Numbered from the stretch's first letter, positions 36,202 through 51,011 are shown. The stretch: 64,000 nt of DNA from Octopus vulgaris (GCA_951406725.2 OX597816.1:12772001-12836000), one strand, 5' to 3'. Translations and numbers: made by a program. The notes: generated by a model not told the origin, from the sequence alone.

Positions 36202-37032
36202 ATATATGTGTGTGCGTGTATATATATATATATGCATGTGGAATATAGATATCTTTGTCTATTATTTTTGCTCTCGGAGGTATCTTAGGATTATTCTATG
36301 GTGATTAGAAGAGGATAGAAATGGAATGAAATAGATGGAAAAAAATGACACGCGGAATAATAAATGCCCAACGCAACATGCCAAGAACCTCTTCTTGACA
36401 TGTTCTCTTTGGGAAAAATTAAACCATAGAAACTATTTGTAAGAATGGTAAACACTGCGAATCTTTGGTAAGCTTTGAAAGGGGGCAAAGTTTGTTTTGT
36501 CAACCGAAAGATCCTATTTCTGAAAGGCAGCTGCAAAGATGTGTGCAAATGTACACACATAACTGCATTCATTACAAATATTACATACAAATGAACAGAT
36601 AGCGCAGCCTGTGTAACCTTCTTTTGTATATATATACTGCACCGAAGTGCGTAGGATTTTGAGGCATTATAGGAAAGATTGAGGTAGTGACTAACACACA
36701 CACGCACACACATAGACACATACACAAAGACACATATACACATACATATACATACTTGTATGTATGTATATATGTATGTATTTGTGTATGAGCGTGTACA
36801 AGGACACATACATTTACATACAAATACGTGCACTTGCATATGTACGTATGTGTGTGTGTATTTGTGTATATATATATATATTTGCACACGTATGCACACA
36901 CACATATATAGATATAAGCGCCAATACAAACTATGTGAGTATCTCTCCAAATATATATATATATATTTATACATCAGAAGTTGGGATGAGATCAAACATA
37001 TGTGTGTGCACGTGCGTCTATATGTGTCTCTG

Positions 37033-37077
<45 letters not shown>

Positions 37078-37100
37078 ATAGATGAGTGTGTGTGTGTGTC

Positions 37101-37131
<31 letters not shown>

Positions 37132-37663
37132 GAAGGTATATTCTTACGCAGACGTATATATATATATATTTATATGAAAGTGTATTCTTACGCAGACGTA
37201 TATATATATTTATATATGTATATATATATAATATACAATATGTATATACACATACACACACACTCTCCACAACCAGAGACGTTCACAAACATATTCATAA
37301 CTATTGATCTCTACAATTGCCTGTAAGTATTCACTTCTAATAACTTCATATGCTGCAGTTGACAGGGATTGAGACGTATTCCTACTTATGTTCTGCTGCG
37401 TTTGGTTAAAGATGGGTTAAAGGGCGACGTTTCTTTTGCTTTTTTTTTATATAAGAATTCTTAACAGATCTGCTTGTATTGCGGCAAGTGAAATGACAAA
37501 TTCAAGCATATAAAAGAAGCTTGTAAAACTACATAAATATCTTTGGAAAAGTATTTGTGTACCAAGGTTGGTGATGAAGGGATCAAATGAATGCATAAGT
37601 AGACATGATATGATTTGTGCATATGTACTGCATGCACCATGGTTGCTGCTACACATCTGGTTA

Positions 37664-37870
37664 AGGCGGCGAGCTGGCAGAAACGCTAGCGCGCCGTTAC
37701 GTTCTGAGTTGAGTTCAAATTCCGCCGAGGTCGACTTTGGTTTTCATCCTTTCGGGGGTCGGTAAATAAAGTACCAGTTTCGCACTGGGGTCGATGTAAT
37801 CGACTTAATCCCTTTGTCTGTCCTTGTTTGTCCCCTCTATGTTTAGCTCCTTGTGGGCAGTAAAGAAATA
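37664..37870 (+). mobile_element. SINE-A monomer with an internal deletion, TSD atc(t/c)ggttaag
   Basis: Head aaggcggcgagctggcagaaacg; tail tgggcagtaaagaaat. Confidence 0.82.
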
Positions 37871-37919
37871 TATATATCCGGTTAAGAAACCTCATTTTAC
37901 ATATTTTGGTTTATCAATG

Positions 37920-38280
37920 TTACTATCATCGTCATCATCATCATCATCGACGTTATCGTCACCTTCATCATTATCATCATCATCATCATCGTCAGCATTT
38001 AATTTCCTTTTTCCATGATGGTATGGGCTGAACCGTTTTACAGGAGACGGTAAGCCGGTGAGTTGCTCCAGGCCTCATGGTCTGTTTTGACACGATTTCT
38101 ACGGCTGGAAACCCTTCCTAACGCCAAACATTTTATAGAGTGTTCTGAGTGCTTTTTTTAATGTGGAATCAGCATGAGAGCCTTTTACATAGCACCAATA
38201 TGAACATTTTCTACATGGTATTAGCTCACGTAATTTTTGAATGGCGCCAGCACGGGTGCATTTTACGTGGCTCCATCACG
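37920..38280 (-). mobile_element. Decayed retroposon 3' end with a (GAT)n tail; related stubs at 59160-59290 and 61895-62000
   Basis: (cat)n followed by tttaatttcctttttccatg...tttctacggctggaaacccttcctaacgccaa. Confidence 0.55.
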
Positions 38281-38529
38281 TATAAAGCCCCCTATTAGCG
38301 TCACTTAAAAAGCACTATCTTAATAAAAAAAATACATAATTTGTAACAAAATTATTGGTTATGTTGGAGTACTACTTTCTTTGGTTTAATTAAACTTATT
38401 TAAAATGTGGTCCTTATTTTCTTGATATGCTTTGCCCAACTGCTTAGTTATGGGAATGTTATCAAAACAACACCAACCAAGAGTGTGAAATGTCAAACAC
38501 AAACTTAAAGACACACAAACATATACAAG

Positions 38530-38606
<77 letters not shown>

Positions 38607-38811
38607 GCCTGTCTATCTATCTATCTTTTTTCTAGTTTCAGCTCAGATTTTATATATATATATGCTTATATATGTATTTCATAGATTTTTTCCTCTTATT
38701 TAAGAGAAAAAAATCTATCAGAAAGGAACTTATCTCTCTTTAAAAATATCTTTTGATAAGCATAACAAATCCAATAAAAGAACTTTCACCTAATAAATAC
38801 ACTCTCCCTTA

Positions 38812-38880
<69 letters not shown>

Positions 38881-38917
38881 TTCATGTTATTTGCACCGTT
38901 GGTGACGTCCTGTACGC

Positions 38918-38976
<59 letters not shown>

Positions 38977-39102
38977 TAAAACTATAGTGGCCCAGTTTGG
39001 CCGCAGACTAATAATTGAAATAAGTAAACGAATAAAAGTATATATAATACATACATACACAGACACACGCACACGCACATATATATATATGAATGTATAA
39101 GT

Positions 39103-39152
<50 letters not shown>

Positions 39153-39153
39153 T

Positions 39154-39201
<48 letters not shown>

Positions 39202-39599
39202 CGATGGTAAAGGGTATATATAAATACATCTCTCTCACACCCTATCTCTCTCTCAGCCTTTATATATATATATATATCATAATCGATTAAGGAAACAGTA
39301 CTTATTTTTCACGTCGATCGTTTCGACCCATTCTGCAACTGTCCTTTATCTGTAGGATGTGTGAAATCTGACCTATAAAGGATAGTTACAGGTTGGGTCG
39401 AAATGATCGTTTACTTAATCGGTTATTATCTCAACTATCACTGCGAGATTACTGATGTAGAACCAAGGGGAAAATGCCCCAACCGAGGATGACATCAGAT
39501 AACCCAAAATGTGGTCAGTGCCTTACTCAACACATTAGCAAAACTAACTAATGTTATATTCATTTATCCATATATATATATATATGGTATATATATGGT

Positions 39600-39930
39600 G
39601 TTCCTCCCTTCGGTCAGACACTGACCATGGGTTTGCACCTAGAGAGTTACCCTCTGAGGCACAAGTCCGGGCAAGGTTGTTTTATGGAAGACCAGCAGTC
39701 GCCCATGTGTATCGGCCTCCCCTCTCCCCGTCACCGATGTTGTCCAAGGGAAAGGCAAGGGCCGATACAGCTTGGCACTGGTGACGTCGCAACTCATTTC
39801 TACAGCTGAGTGAACTGGAGCAACGTGAAATAAAGTGTCTTGCTCAAGAACACAACACGCAGCCCGGTCCGGGATTCGAGCTCACAATCTCACGATCGTA
39901 AGCTCGACGCTCTAACCACTGAGTCACGCA
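39600..39930 (-). mobile_element. Full-length SINE-C
   Basis: Reverse complement of 55096-55433; head gctctaaccactgagtcacgc. Confidence 0.88.
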
Positions 39931-41235
39931 TGTAAGTATACTGCATGTAAGTATATATATATATATATATATACCAACATGCAGTAATGATTGTAGGTGT
40001 GGAGTTGTGCCCCATCCACCTCAATTCTTTCACCTCGTCAGCAGTGTGAAGAGAAATATTTTCTGCGATAGAAACAGTAATATTTTTACGATGAAAAATA
40101 TTAATAAGCCTTAAAGTAACCGTGAAAAGAAATTATGTTCGCTTAAAGTGCAATGACTCAGAGAAAAAAAGCAGTCTATAGACGTACAGTAACGGTTGCT
40201 GACATTCCTTATTATTACATGTTCTACTGACTTTAAGCAGAAATTGCATAAGAACTTTTCTTCTTTCAAATATAGGAAAACAAAAGAATTCTACAAGTTT
40301 GAGCGAGTTTATTTGGTCTTTAAAGGATAAGAATATCAAATATGACATTAACTAGAAAATTATTAGCTTAGTTTCATCATCTACAGTTGGGAAATGCAAG
40401 TAAAATTTATGCTTAGAAGTAATTGGACACAGCTTTACCTCTAATTACATGTTATTAAATCACGGAAACGAGTTAGCTCTGAAATGCACGCATTCTTTTA
40501 GAAAATTATTTAGCTCTTTCCAAATAACGATATTTTATAGGATACCATATAGATGGGAGTGCACACATGTTAACCAAGTCAAATAGATTTATTCTAGTTA
40601 GATTTTAACAATCGCACAATAAACCTCATTCGCCTTTAATTTCTTATTTCTTCTTTACTTTCGCTTTCTTTCGATTCCTTTTCAATTATTCTATTTATGT
40701 TATTTGGTATCATTTCATCTTCATTACGAGTGATCAGCGAGGTGAATGCATCCTGACCTAGCTAAGCTTCTCTCTACTACTGAGCATATACAATAATCTA
40801 TTCTCTGAAACTCTAGCAAGATCATTCTAAGTTTAAAAGATACCAGAAATATAGCTATGTCGTATTTCAAAGCAATTCCTACTGTTATGTACCCTCAAGA
40901 TTTTGTGATTCTTTATCTAGGAAATACTTTAAAGAGGACCATGTAACACTGGATTTCTCAGTTCGCTTCACTCACCCTTAGGGGTAAAACCTTGAACAAA
41001 GCCGTATAAGGATGTCTACCTTGGATGAATATGTACAACAAGTGAACGAAATAAAGGCATATAAATGCTAGATGGAAGGGTATTAGGGCACTTATGCAGT
41101 AGAAACACGTATCGATTTGTAATCTTATGTGAATTTAATCAGAATAAAATTGAAATAAACACATTTTGACGATGTATAATTCTCCATTCTTTTTAATGAT
41201 ACTCGAGTACACACACACGCCACACACACACATGC

Positions 41236-41304
<69 letters not shown>

Positions 41305-41335
41305 TCAAGATTAGAGAATGGAGTACCTAAAAATC

Positions 41336-41419
41336 CAGGCTACACATGTTTCGTAGCTAGCGGAACCTCGGAAATAGTAATTATCCGAAAGAAGGGTAGA
41401 AAGCAAGCTACTCTTCATC

Positions 41420-41422
<3 letters not shown>
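41336..41422 (-). ncRNA. 5'-truncated hammerhead-like motif with an extended stem II
   Basis: Minus strand ..GATGA-AGA-GTAGCTTGC...TCGGA..TCCGA...GCTAGCTAC-GAAAC-ATGT-GTA-GCC. Confidence 0.5.
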
Positions 41423-41487
<65 letters not shown>

Positions 41488-41490
<3 letters not shown>

Positions 41491-41660
41491 AGAGTTTACG
41501 AAACAAAAAAAAAGACGAAGACAAGTGGTGTACAAAACAAACAGTTGTATTAGTATAATGCTCAGGAATAGAAAAGTTTTTATGTTTCGAGCCTACGCTC
41601 TTCTAAAGAAATGAACAGACAAAAAACAAGGAGAGAAAAAAATGTGTGTAGTGGCTAATA
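41488..41660 (-). mobile_element. pLTR-like fragment related to the 17031 family
   Basis: gtattagtataatgctcaggaa...tgtttcgagcctacgctcttc; stem II GAGC/GCTC with a different loop. Confidence 0.55.
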
Positions 41661-41831
41661 CAGGAAAGTTTAGAAAGTATAAAAATAAAGTAATGATAAT
41701 AATAACATAATGATAATTATAATTCGCTCTGAGATTTATCATTGATAATAATAACAGTTTTATGTAAAGTTCAAAGATTTTGACGTCGTGGTGTATTGCA
41801 AAGATTTTTCATCAACAGTAGTCCACACACA

Positions 41832-41869
<38 letters not shown>

Positions 41870-43114
41870 ATATCTACGTATCCACATATTTTCCTATTCT
41901 CTCTTCCCATATGTGAATGAAATGTATGTTCACCCATTTGGATTTCCTTTTTTTCCAGTAGACACACGTATGAATCGGTTCTTGTTGCTGCCTTTGTACG
42001 ACTGATGGTTAAATCGGTTTGTTAGAGCATTTAACAGCCAACAATAGAACTAAACTTGTTAGCCGCAATATTATGGATTTTGTGAGAATCTATTTCATAA
42101 AGAATTATGCTTCCCCATAATTCCAATACGCCGTTAGGATTATCAGTTATTGCATTATATTACAGAAAGAATTACCAGGAAATATTTCCAAATATATTAG
42201 GATGCTATTGGATAATACAATGAATTGTATTACTCAAATTGGATTGGTGATATTCTACGAACAAAGCCATTTCTTCTTTTACTAAACTGCTTCCAGGAAT
42301 ATGGTAGATGTTTGTTTTATGAAAGAATTACATGCGAAAGTAATACATGGAACTTTCAATTCAGCGGAACTGAAAGAATTGAAACCAGTTAACCAAAACC
42401 CCTTCGGTTCTTCACCCTTTTTGTTACTTAAGAACAACACACACACACACTCACACACACATATGCACAGATACAAACATATACACACACACACATTCTC
42501 TAGTGAAAGACGATTTTGATACAAAGACATACATGGAATTCTTTTCATTGAATTAAGAACATTTCAATATGTTTGATTCTGAAATAAGCAAATGAATTGA
42601 TGTAACAACTTGAAAATATTACGATGAGTAATAAAAATTGTCCTAAGTACAGTTCAGACGTAGAATTAGGAATTACGTTATAATTACATTGTAAGCTTCT
42701 GTCCAAAATTATAATGGCCCCATGAATAGTCTGGAAATGTAAAGTTATATGGATGTTTGTTTGTCAATGTAGAATATTAAAAGAAAAACATAACTATAAT
42801 TTATGTTTGTGGGTAACTGTTTGGAACATTTGAATAAACAACTAAACCAACAGTAATATGTATGCACACACACTCACACACACACACACACAATGTAATT
42901 ATGTATATGTATATGTGTATATATATTTATGCATATATATATATATATATGTATATATATATGTAATATTAAGGAGTATAACTACAAACTTACAGGGAAA
43001 AATTCAATTTAGTATTAAATCAAATTTAACAATATATATATGAAATATAAATTAGAAATAAAACCACTATTATGCAACTCAAACAGTGATAGACATAAAC
43101 CAATACATAAATAA

Positions 43115-43150
<36 letters not shown>

Positions 43151-43904
43151 GTTATCTATTTTATTTATTTATTTATTTATTTTGGGATTCAACACGCTAG
43201 AAAGAACAGCTAGGTTCTACAACCACAAAATTAGGGATAAAATTCGACAGGAACGAATTAAAAAATAAAAATATTTACCGTCTAGCTTCCTGGACCAATT
43301 GGTTTCTGATTTTAGTTTAGCAAATAAATAAAATTCGGTAGGTGAAATCTCCTTCAACAGGTACACCTCAGATTAACTATTATAAAACACGAGGCATTCA
43401 ACTATGTGCCTCTTGATTATACATCCTAAATTTTTCAAAATTGTACATATGTTTAAATGTACAAAAGTGTATATTTAAACATATAAGGAATCTACTCTTG
43501 GTTTTCAACACGCTAGAATGTTCTATAACCACAAAATTAGGGGTAAAATTCGACAGGAACGAAATGAAAAATAAAAACATTTTATCATCTATTTTCCTGG
43601 ACCAATTGGTTTCTGATTTTAGTTTTTATACCGGAAAAAATCCCTGATTACCTTCCTCTGTCTGGAACTCCATATGTCACAACATAGCGAAGACATGACA
43701 AAATATATATTTGAGAAATTTGTAAAGAACATACGAAACCGGTTATTTCTCCAAAAACAATGCTATTATACGCAAAATTTTATAACATTTTTCTAACATA
43801 ACGATTTAAATATATTCTTTAACCATAAAACACAAGCCTTCTAGAGATTTTCACTCTATTTTGTCTTATATATATATATATGTATGTATGTCTATATAAA
43901 TATG

Positions 43905-43954
<50 letters not shown>

Positions 43955-44496
43955 TATCAGTAAATCAATATTAGAAAATTCTTCAGAAAGATATATACGT
44001 GTGTAAAATAATTATTGTATTAAAAATATATATAAATATATATAGATATATTTAAATATATATAAGTATAAATATATAATAATGACATTTTAAAAGTGTT
44101 GAATTAAGTTCTTAAAGCATCTTACGATCGTTTCGCAGAAGTGCTGGCCCTGTAATGGAATCCTACATTGATAAGCATTTATAGATACCTCTTCTGCTAT
44201 ATATAATCGCTCGTATTAAATACATAAATACTTTAATAGTATTAATACTTTGATACAATAGAGCACTCAATATAAATTCAGTATATAATATTCTCATTGA
44301 ATATATTTAACTAAAGATTTATATATATATAGGGAGAGAGAGAGACAGAGCTATATAGGGGAGAGAGAGAGAGCTATATAGGAAGTGTGTTTGAGAGATT
44401 GTCAGACTGATAGGTACTTAAATATATGTATATGTGTGTGGTTGTTCGGTAAGAAATTGTCGAACCTCATACATCGTCTAACGATGGTAGAATCCA

Positions 44497-44726
44497 TCGG
44501 CGAGCTGGCAGACACGTTAGCGCGCCGGGCGAAATGCTTAGCGGTATTTCGTCTGACGTTACGTTCTGAGTTCAAATTCGGCCAAGGTCAACTTTGCCTT
44601 TCATCCTTTCGGGGTCGATAAATAAAGTACCAATTTCGCATTGGAGGCGGGGCGATATAATCGACTCAATCCCTTCGTCTGTCCTTGTTTGTTCCCTCTA
44701 TGTTTAGCCCCTTGTGGGCAGTAAAG

Positions 44727-44730
<4 letters not shown>
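44497..44730 (+). mobile_element. SINE-A monomer
   Basis: cggcgagctggcagacacgttagc...tgggcagtaaagaaat. Confidence 0.85.
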
Positions 44731-44766
<36 letters not shown>

Positions 44767-46911
44767 GTCTGATAGTCGGAAGCCCCTGTTTGTTACTTCT
44801 TTGTGTTTGTATATGTAGATTCGTTTGATTTGCCCAGGGGTTTGATGCTTTTAGCTTAAGTCCTTGGCCCAACCGGTTTCGAGTAGTATCGGAGAGGATT
44901 GGGCGGAACTACGGGGACATTCCAGTCTCCGACTGAAGTGGCAGTTGGCTGCGAATGATCTGTGTAGCTTGCTTTGTCCTGGTTGCCATTGTTGTGCTAT
45001 CGTCCTTTTTCGGCTTGTTATATTTTGTCGGTTTCCGTTTGTTGTGCTTTTTACATTTGATATAAATATATATATACATGCATACACACACACACACACA
45101 TATATATATGTGTGTGTGTGTATGCATGTATATATGAGTATGTGTTGTCTTCTACTGCATGTGTCTGTGTCTGTGCGTGTGTATGCGTACATATACAGAT
45201 AGATAGATAAATAGATAGATTCATACATATATGTAAGCTTTTCATACATATATTCATACATTCATACATACATTCTGACATACATACATACACACATGCA
45301 CATTTGCATGCAATCATGCATACAAACATTCATGCATGCATACCTCCCCCTCACACACACACATACATGCAATACATACATATATTCCTCGTATGAGATT
45401 TCAATCAAAAGAGACAAATATTCCGCGTGATAATCTGGTTCCAAATCCCTTTTATCTACCTACTTCTCTTCATATAATCCTCTCAGAGATATTATAAATT
45501 CGATAGTAGGCAATTCATTGCATGTTCTATATCCATATTATCTGATCCTTATCAGAATGTAAATCTAGGATTTGTAGAGGATTTTTATAGCATCGCAAAA
45601 GAGATTGATGCAGTATACTTCAAGGTGAACGTGCCACGATTAATAAATAACTTACCAAATCTCATTATCTGCAGACAAATGGATACATTTAGTATTATTG
45701 TTTTACCATTAGCACTGCCATATTCCTGGGAAACATGTGATCTTTAGATTTGTTTGAAACGCATTCCTAGAAATCATATCTAATAAATTTCTGAAGGTCT
45801 TCGTCCAACAGCCATTACACGTTTCTTAGGCAGAAACAGTTTATATTTTGTTTCGTTTTTGATTATTTTTTACCTCAACGTTATTTTTCTCTCAAGGATT
45901 TTTCCCCTCAAAGTTCCCCCCCCCTCACCGACATTTGAGATGTGCCAAGCATTTCATCTCAACATTAGAAGACTCAGGATGCAAACAGAGATTAGACTGT
46001 AAGAATTTTATGTATAACCGTAAAAGCAATATGTAAATCTCTTGTAGGTGGAAGTTATCGGATATCAACCAGATTAACGTGATTAATATGCATTTCACAC
46101 TTCTCAGCACACAAGCGGCAGTATTCTTAATTGCTTTTATCTGTAAGAAATGGTAAGGCTGGATGAAAGCAGCGCAGAACCTGTTGCATATATTACAAAG
46201 GGACCCTAATTTGAAAACTTCGTTATTCTATTTATATAATTTCATCATACAATAATTATCTCTACAGATCAAGCTGCATATTTGAAAGACTAATGTATAT
46301 AAGGCAACCGTAATCAAGCGTTTTGGGACTTATGATTACGCCTAAAGCTAAGGTAGTGGACTGATAGAATCGTTAGTAAGCCGGACAAATTGCTTAGCAA
46401 CATTTTATCCGTTTTCACGTTCTGAGTTCAACTTTTGCTAAGTTCGATTTTACCTTTCAACTTCTTGAGATCGATAAAATAAGTACCAGTTGAGCACTGG
46501 TCTTTGACAGCATTCTACAACATGACAGTTATAATCAGGAAGTATTCTAGATTGCAAAGCAATGTAGAATTATGAACGAAGTCATCGTTGGGTGGGAGTG
46601 TATACTCGTGCTGATTAATTCAACTCAGTTACTGGAATTGCTACAATTTTGCTGAATAACAAGACATGAGAGAGGAGACAGAGGGGAGGAGATAGGGACG
46701 AGAGAGGAGAAGAGGGATAGAGGTGGAAAAAAAAGAGAAAGAGTGTGGTGGAGAGGATGCCTCAAACAGAACGAAGAGTTGATATTAATAGTGATATATG
46801 TCTAAATCAAAAGATCTCAAACACTTTCTTTTTCCCTAGAACTTTGTGAGCTATTCTAAATAGGTGGATCCGCCGTATAGTTATTCGATGTGTAAAAAAT
46901 GTTATTGTATA

Positions 46912-47142
46912 ATTACTCTTTTATTTGTTTCAGTCATTTGACTGCGGCCATGCTGGAGCATAGCCTTTAATCGAACACATCGGCCCTAGGACTTATTCTT
47001 TGTATGCCTAGTACTTATTCTACGGTTTCTTTTGCCGAACCGCTAAGTTACAGTGGACGTAAACACATTAGCATCGGTTGTCAAGTCATGTTGAGGGGAC
47101 AAACTCAGACACACAAACATATACGCGCACACACACACACAT

Positions 47143-47231
<89 letters not shown>

Positions 47232-47390
47232 TATCCGACGGTGTTCTTTCAGTTTCCGTCTACCAAATCCACTCACAAGGCTTTGGTTGGCCCGAGGCTT
47301 TAGTAGAAGACACTTGCCCAAAGTTCCACGTGGTGGGGCTGAACCCGGAATCATATGGTTCGTAAGCAAGCTACTTACCACACAGCCAAT
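46912..47390 (-). mobile_element. SINE-B with an expanded internal (TA)n
   Basis: gtttcagtcatttgactgcggccatgctggagca...acttaccacacagcca. Confidence 0.85.
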
Positions 47391-47924
47391 TCTATTATTA
47401 GAAATTGAATTTAAAGATTTGTTAAGATATTTTGTGTATAGAAGAAGTATAATCAGTTTATTGTGTAAAAGTTTTAAAACAATGTCTTATATGGACACCC
47501 AAGGACCATAAGGACCCCTGTCGAGACCCAGGTCTAAATGGTCACGAAACAAAGATAGAGTCGGAAAATCGGGTCGAAACTCAAGGGTGTTTGCAAGTAG
47601 AGGAGTTGCTCTGAATAGAAACAGTTACTGATACATCAAACATATGAACAAATAATATGTATAAGAGAGAGAGAGAGAGAAAGAGGGAGAGAAAGAGAGA
47701 GAGCTATTTCTTAAATGTTGAAGAAGATAATTATCTGAGATAAAATGAGATGAGATGAGATGCAGTTGGATGTTATTTGAAGAAGTACTACTGATGAGTG
47801 GTTTGAAGTGAGACATGAAGTTCTTAGGAGAGAACAATTTTTTCTTTTCTTTTTTTTTCTCTGATGGATAGATTGCAGATGACCCGGAGAAGGAGCTGAC
47901 AAGGTATGATGAACTTTAATCAAG

Positions 47925-48490
47925 TGGCACTCCGTCGGTTGCGACGACGAGTGTTCCAGTTGATCCGATCAAGAAAACAGCCTGCTCGTCGAATTAACGT
48001 ACAAGTGGCTGAGTACTCCGCAGACACTTAATCTACTTCTTAGGGTGATACAACATGACACAGAATGTGAAATGGCTGGCCCTTTGAAATACAGGTACAA
48101 CTCATTTTAGCCAACTGGCTGGACTGGAGCAACGTGAAATAAAGCCTAGTACTTATTCTATCGGTTTCTATGCCGAACCGCTAAATTACGGGGACGTAAA
48201 CACACCAGCATCGGTTGTCAAGTGACGTTCCGAGTTCAAATTCCCCCGACGTCTAATTTGCCTTTCATCCTTTCGGGGTCGATTAAATAAAGTACCAGTT
48301 TCGCACTGGCGTCGATGTAATCGACTTAATCCCTTTGTCTGTCCTTGTTTGTCCCCTCTGTGTTTAGCCCCTTGTGGGTGGTAAAGAAATAGGTTGTCAA
48401 GTGACGTTGAGGGGACAAACACAGACACACACGCACAGCCAGGAATTGAACTCACGACCTCACGATGGTAAACCGAATGTCACAAATACG
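47925..48490. mobile_element. Nested SINE mosaic (D/C tail minus, B fragment minus, A body plus)
   Basis: gtggcactccgtcggttgcgacgacgag; the A body at 48225-48391 is flanked by duplicated ggttgtcaagtgacgtt. Confidence 0.7.
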
Positions 48491-48849
48491 AAGCCGTACA
48501 TCTTCATACTATGTACTTTAGTCTGGAAGTTTCAAAGAAAAATCAATGTGGATGAATGACTTGTGAAAGCCATGGAAACCATGGACGGTAAGAATGGCGA
48601 TGGTGATAAAAATGGCGGCGGTAATGGCAAGGAAAGTGATGATGACGACAAGAATGGTAAACTTAAGGAGGACAATGAAGATGGCTATAACGATGGCAAT
48701 GGTTCTATGTTATAAGTATTCAACGGTTTGATGTTGGACCATCTCTGTATTATCTCTATTCGGAGTTTTCTGTGGCAGATGACAGAAAAATGGTGAAATA
48801 ATTGTAAGTATAGGACTTCAGGCAAACAAACATACGTCTCTATGTTTGT

Positions 48850-49350
48850 ACACACACATACACACATACGTACACACACAAACACACATACACACACATA
48901 CGTACACACGCAAACACACATACACACACATACGTACACACACAATCACACATACGTACACACACAAACACAACCATACATACACATAGGTACACACACA
49001 AACACACATACACACATACGTACACACACAAACACACATACACACACACATACGTACACACACAAACACACATACACACACACATACGTACACACACAAA
49101 CACACATGCACACACATATGTACACACACAAACACACGCATACACACATACGTACACACACAAACACACATATAGACACACAAACACACATACACACACA
49201 TACGTACACAAACAAACACACACACACACACACATACGTACACACACAAACACACATATACACACACAAACACACATACACACACATACGTACACACACA
49301 AACACACACATACACACACATACGTACACACGCAAACACACATACACACA
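48850..49350. repeat. CA-derived minisatellite (~30-34-bp unit cacatacgtacacacacaaacacacataca)
   Basis: Read directly. Confidence 0.88.
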
Positions 49351-49646
49351 GGTGTTTGGTGATGCAAGCGGGAAAAATGGGACTAAAATCATGAATATAT
49401 ATACTTTTTATTAATATTAAGTAGAATCGACAGAGGGACTCAAGAGTCAAGCGTTTCGTGGAGTATCCATCTATCTCTCCTCTTTGTTTCTCTCTCTCTC
49501 ATTGTATGTGTGTGTGTGTGTGTAGATAGATAATTATATATATGTGTGCATGCATAAATATATGTGTGTGTGCTATATATATATATATATATATATATGA
49601 TACACACACATATATATATATATGATACACACACATATATATATAT

Positions 49647-49714
<68 letters not shown>

Positions 49715-49802
49715 GTGTGTGTGTGTGTGTTTGTATGCATGCTTGCATGTAAATGTGCATGTATGTATGTATTTCTGTGCCGGTATATGTATGAATGTAT
49801 GA

Positions 49803-49836
<34 letters not shown>

Positions 49837-50652
49837 ATGTGTGTGTGTGTGTAAATGTGTGTGTGTGTTTGTGCGAGTGTGTGTGTTTGTGTGAGTGTGT
49901 GTGCTTGTTTATATGTTTCCGTATATATACCTGTGCATATGTATATGTATGTATATGAATGTATATTAGCATATGTAATGCGTACACCGTTTTCTTCCAC
50001 ATATAGATTCTAATTCACACTCACAACTACACACATACATATATACATACATACACACATACATATATACATAGATACATATACATACAAGCATAAGTAT
50101 ATCAAAGACTCAAAGCTATAAGTATATACGGAGTTAGTTCAAAAAACAAAACAGAAAAAAATATCCCACGAAAAGCAGTACCAAAAAAATGAATAAAAAA
50201 TACTGCCTTACATTCGGTTGACTAGCTTAATGGTGAATTTTCATCTTCCTCTCCACCACCAAAAAAATTATATACACTTCTTTAAGTCTAAAGGTAAGTA
50301 GACCAATATATATATATGCCTACATACTTCAGTAATCATAGAACAACCCTTGAAACATGAAAAGGATAAAACCATTTGATATTATTCTAGACATTTTCCC
50401 AGATACACGTAGCCAGTAGAAAACTAATGAATTATATTTTATTCAATATAATTTCACATCAATGACTTCTACTCAAGAATTTCTAATTTCATTCCTTCTT
50501 TGTTTATTTATATTTATTTATTTATTTTGTTCGTATTTATTTATATTTGGAGATTTTCTGAAGCAAAATGATGAATGCAGCTACAGAAATTCAAATTGTT
50601 TTGTGGAAGTTTTATGTGTATGCTTATATAAGTAAATATGTGTATGTATATA

Positions 50653-50769
<117 letters not shown>

Positions 50770-50776
50770 TATATAC

Positions 50777-50822
<46 letters not shown>

Positions 50823-51011
50823 GCTCAACTACACATGTAAACACACAGATATAAGCACATCCATATTTTACCTAGAAAGAGAGACAGAGACACACACACA
50901 CACACATATTATATTCGTATATGTATATTCATATATGTGCATGTCTGTATGTGAAAATGTATTAATACACGGTAGTATACATATATGATACACATGCTAT
51001 ATGTATATGTT

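Noticed and set aside
36291-37326. 234-aa and 188-aa YI/CV-rich ORFs
   Set aside because: Mostly (TA)n/(TG)n translations; the unique portion shows no recognisable protein motif.
42294-42392. Acceptor-preceded frame EYGRCLFYERITCESNTWNFQFSGTERIETS*
   Set aside because: Short, no recognisable family and no upstream partner exon on the plus strand.
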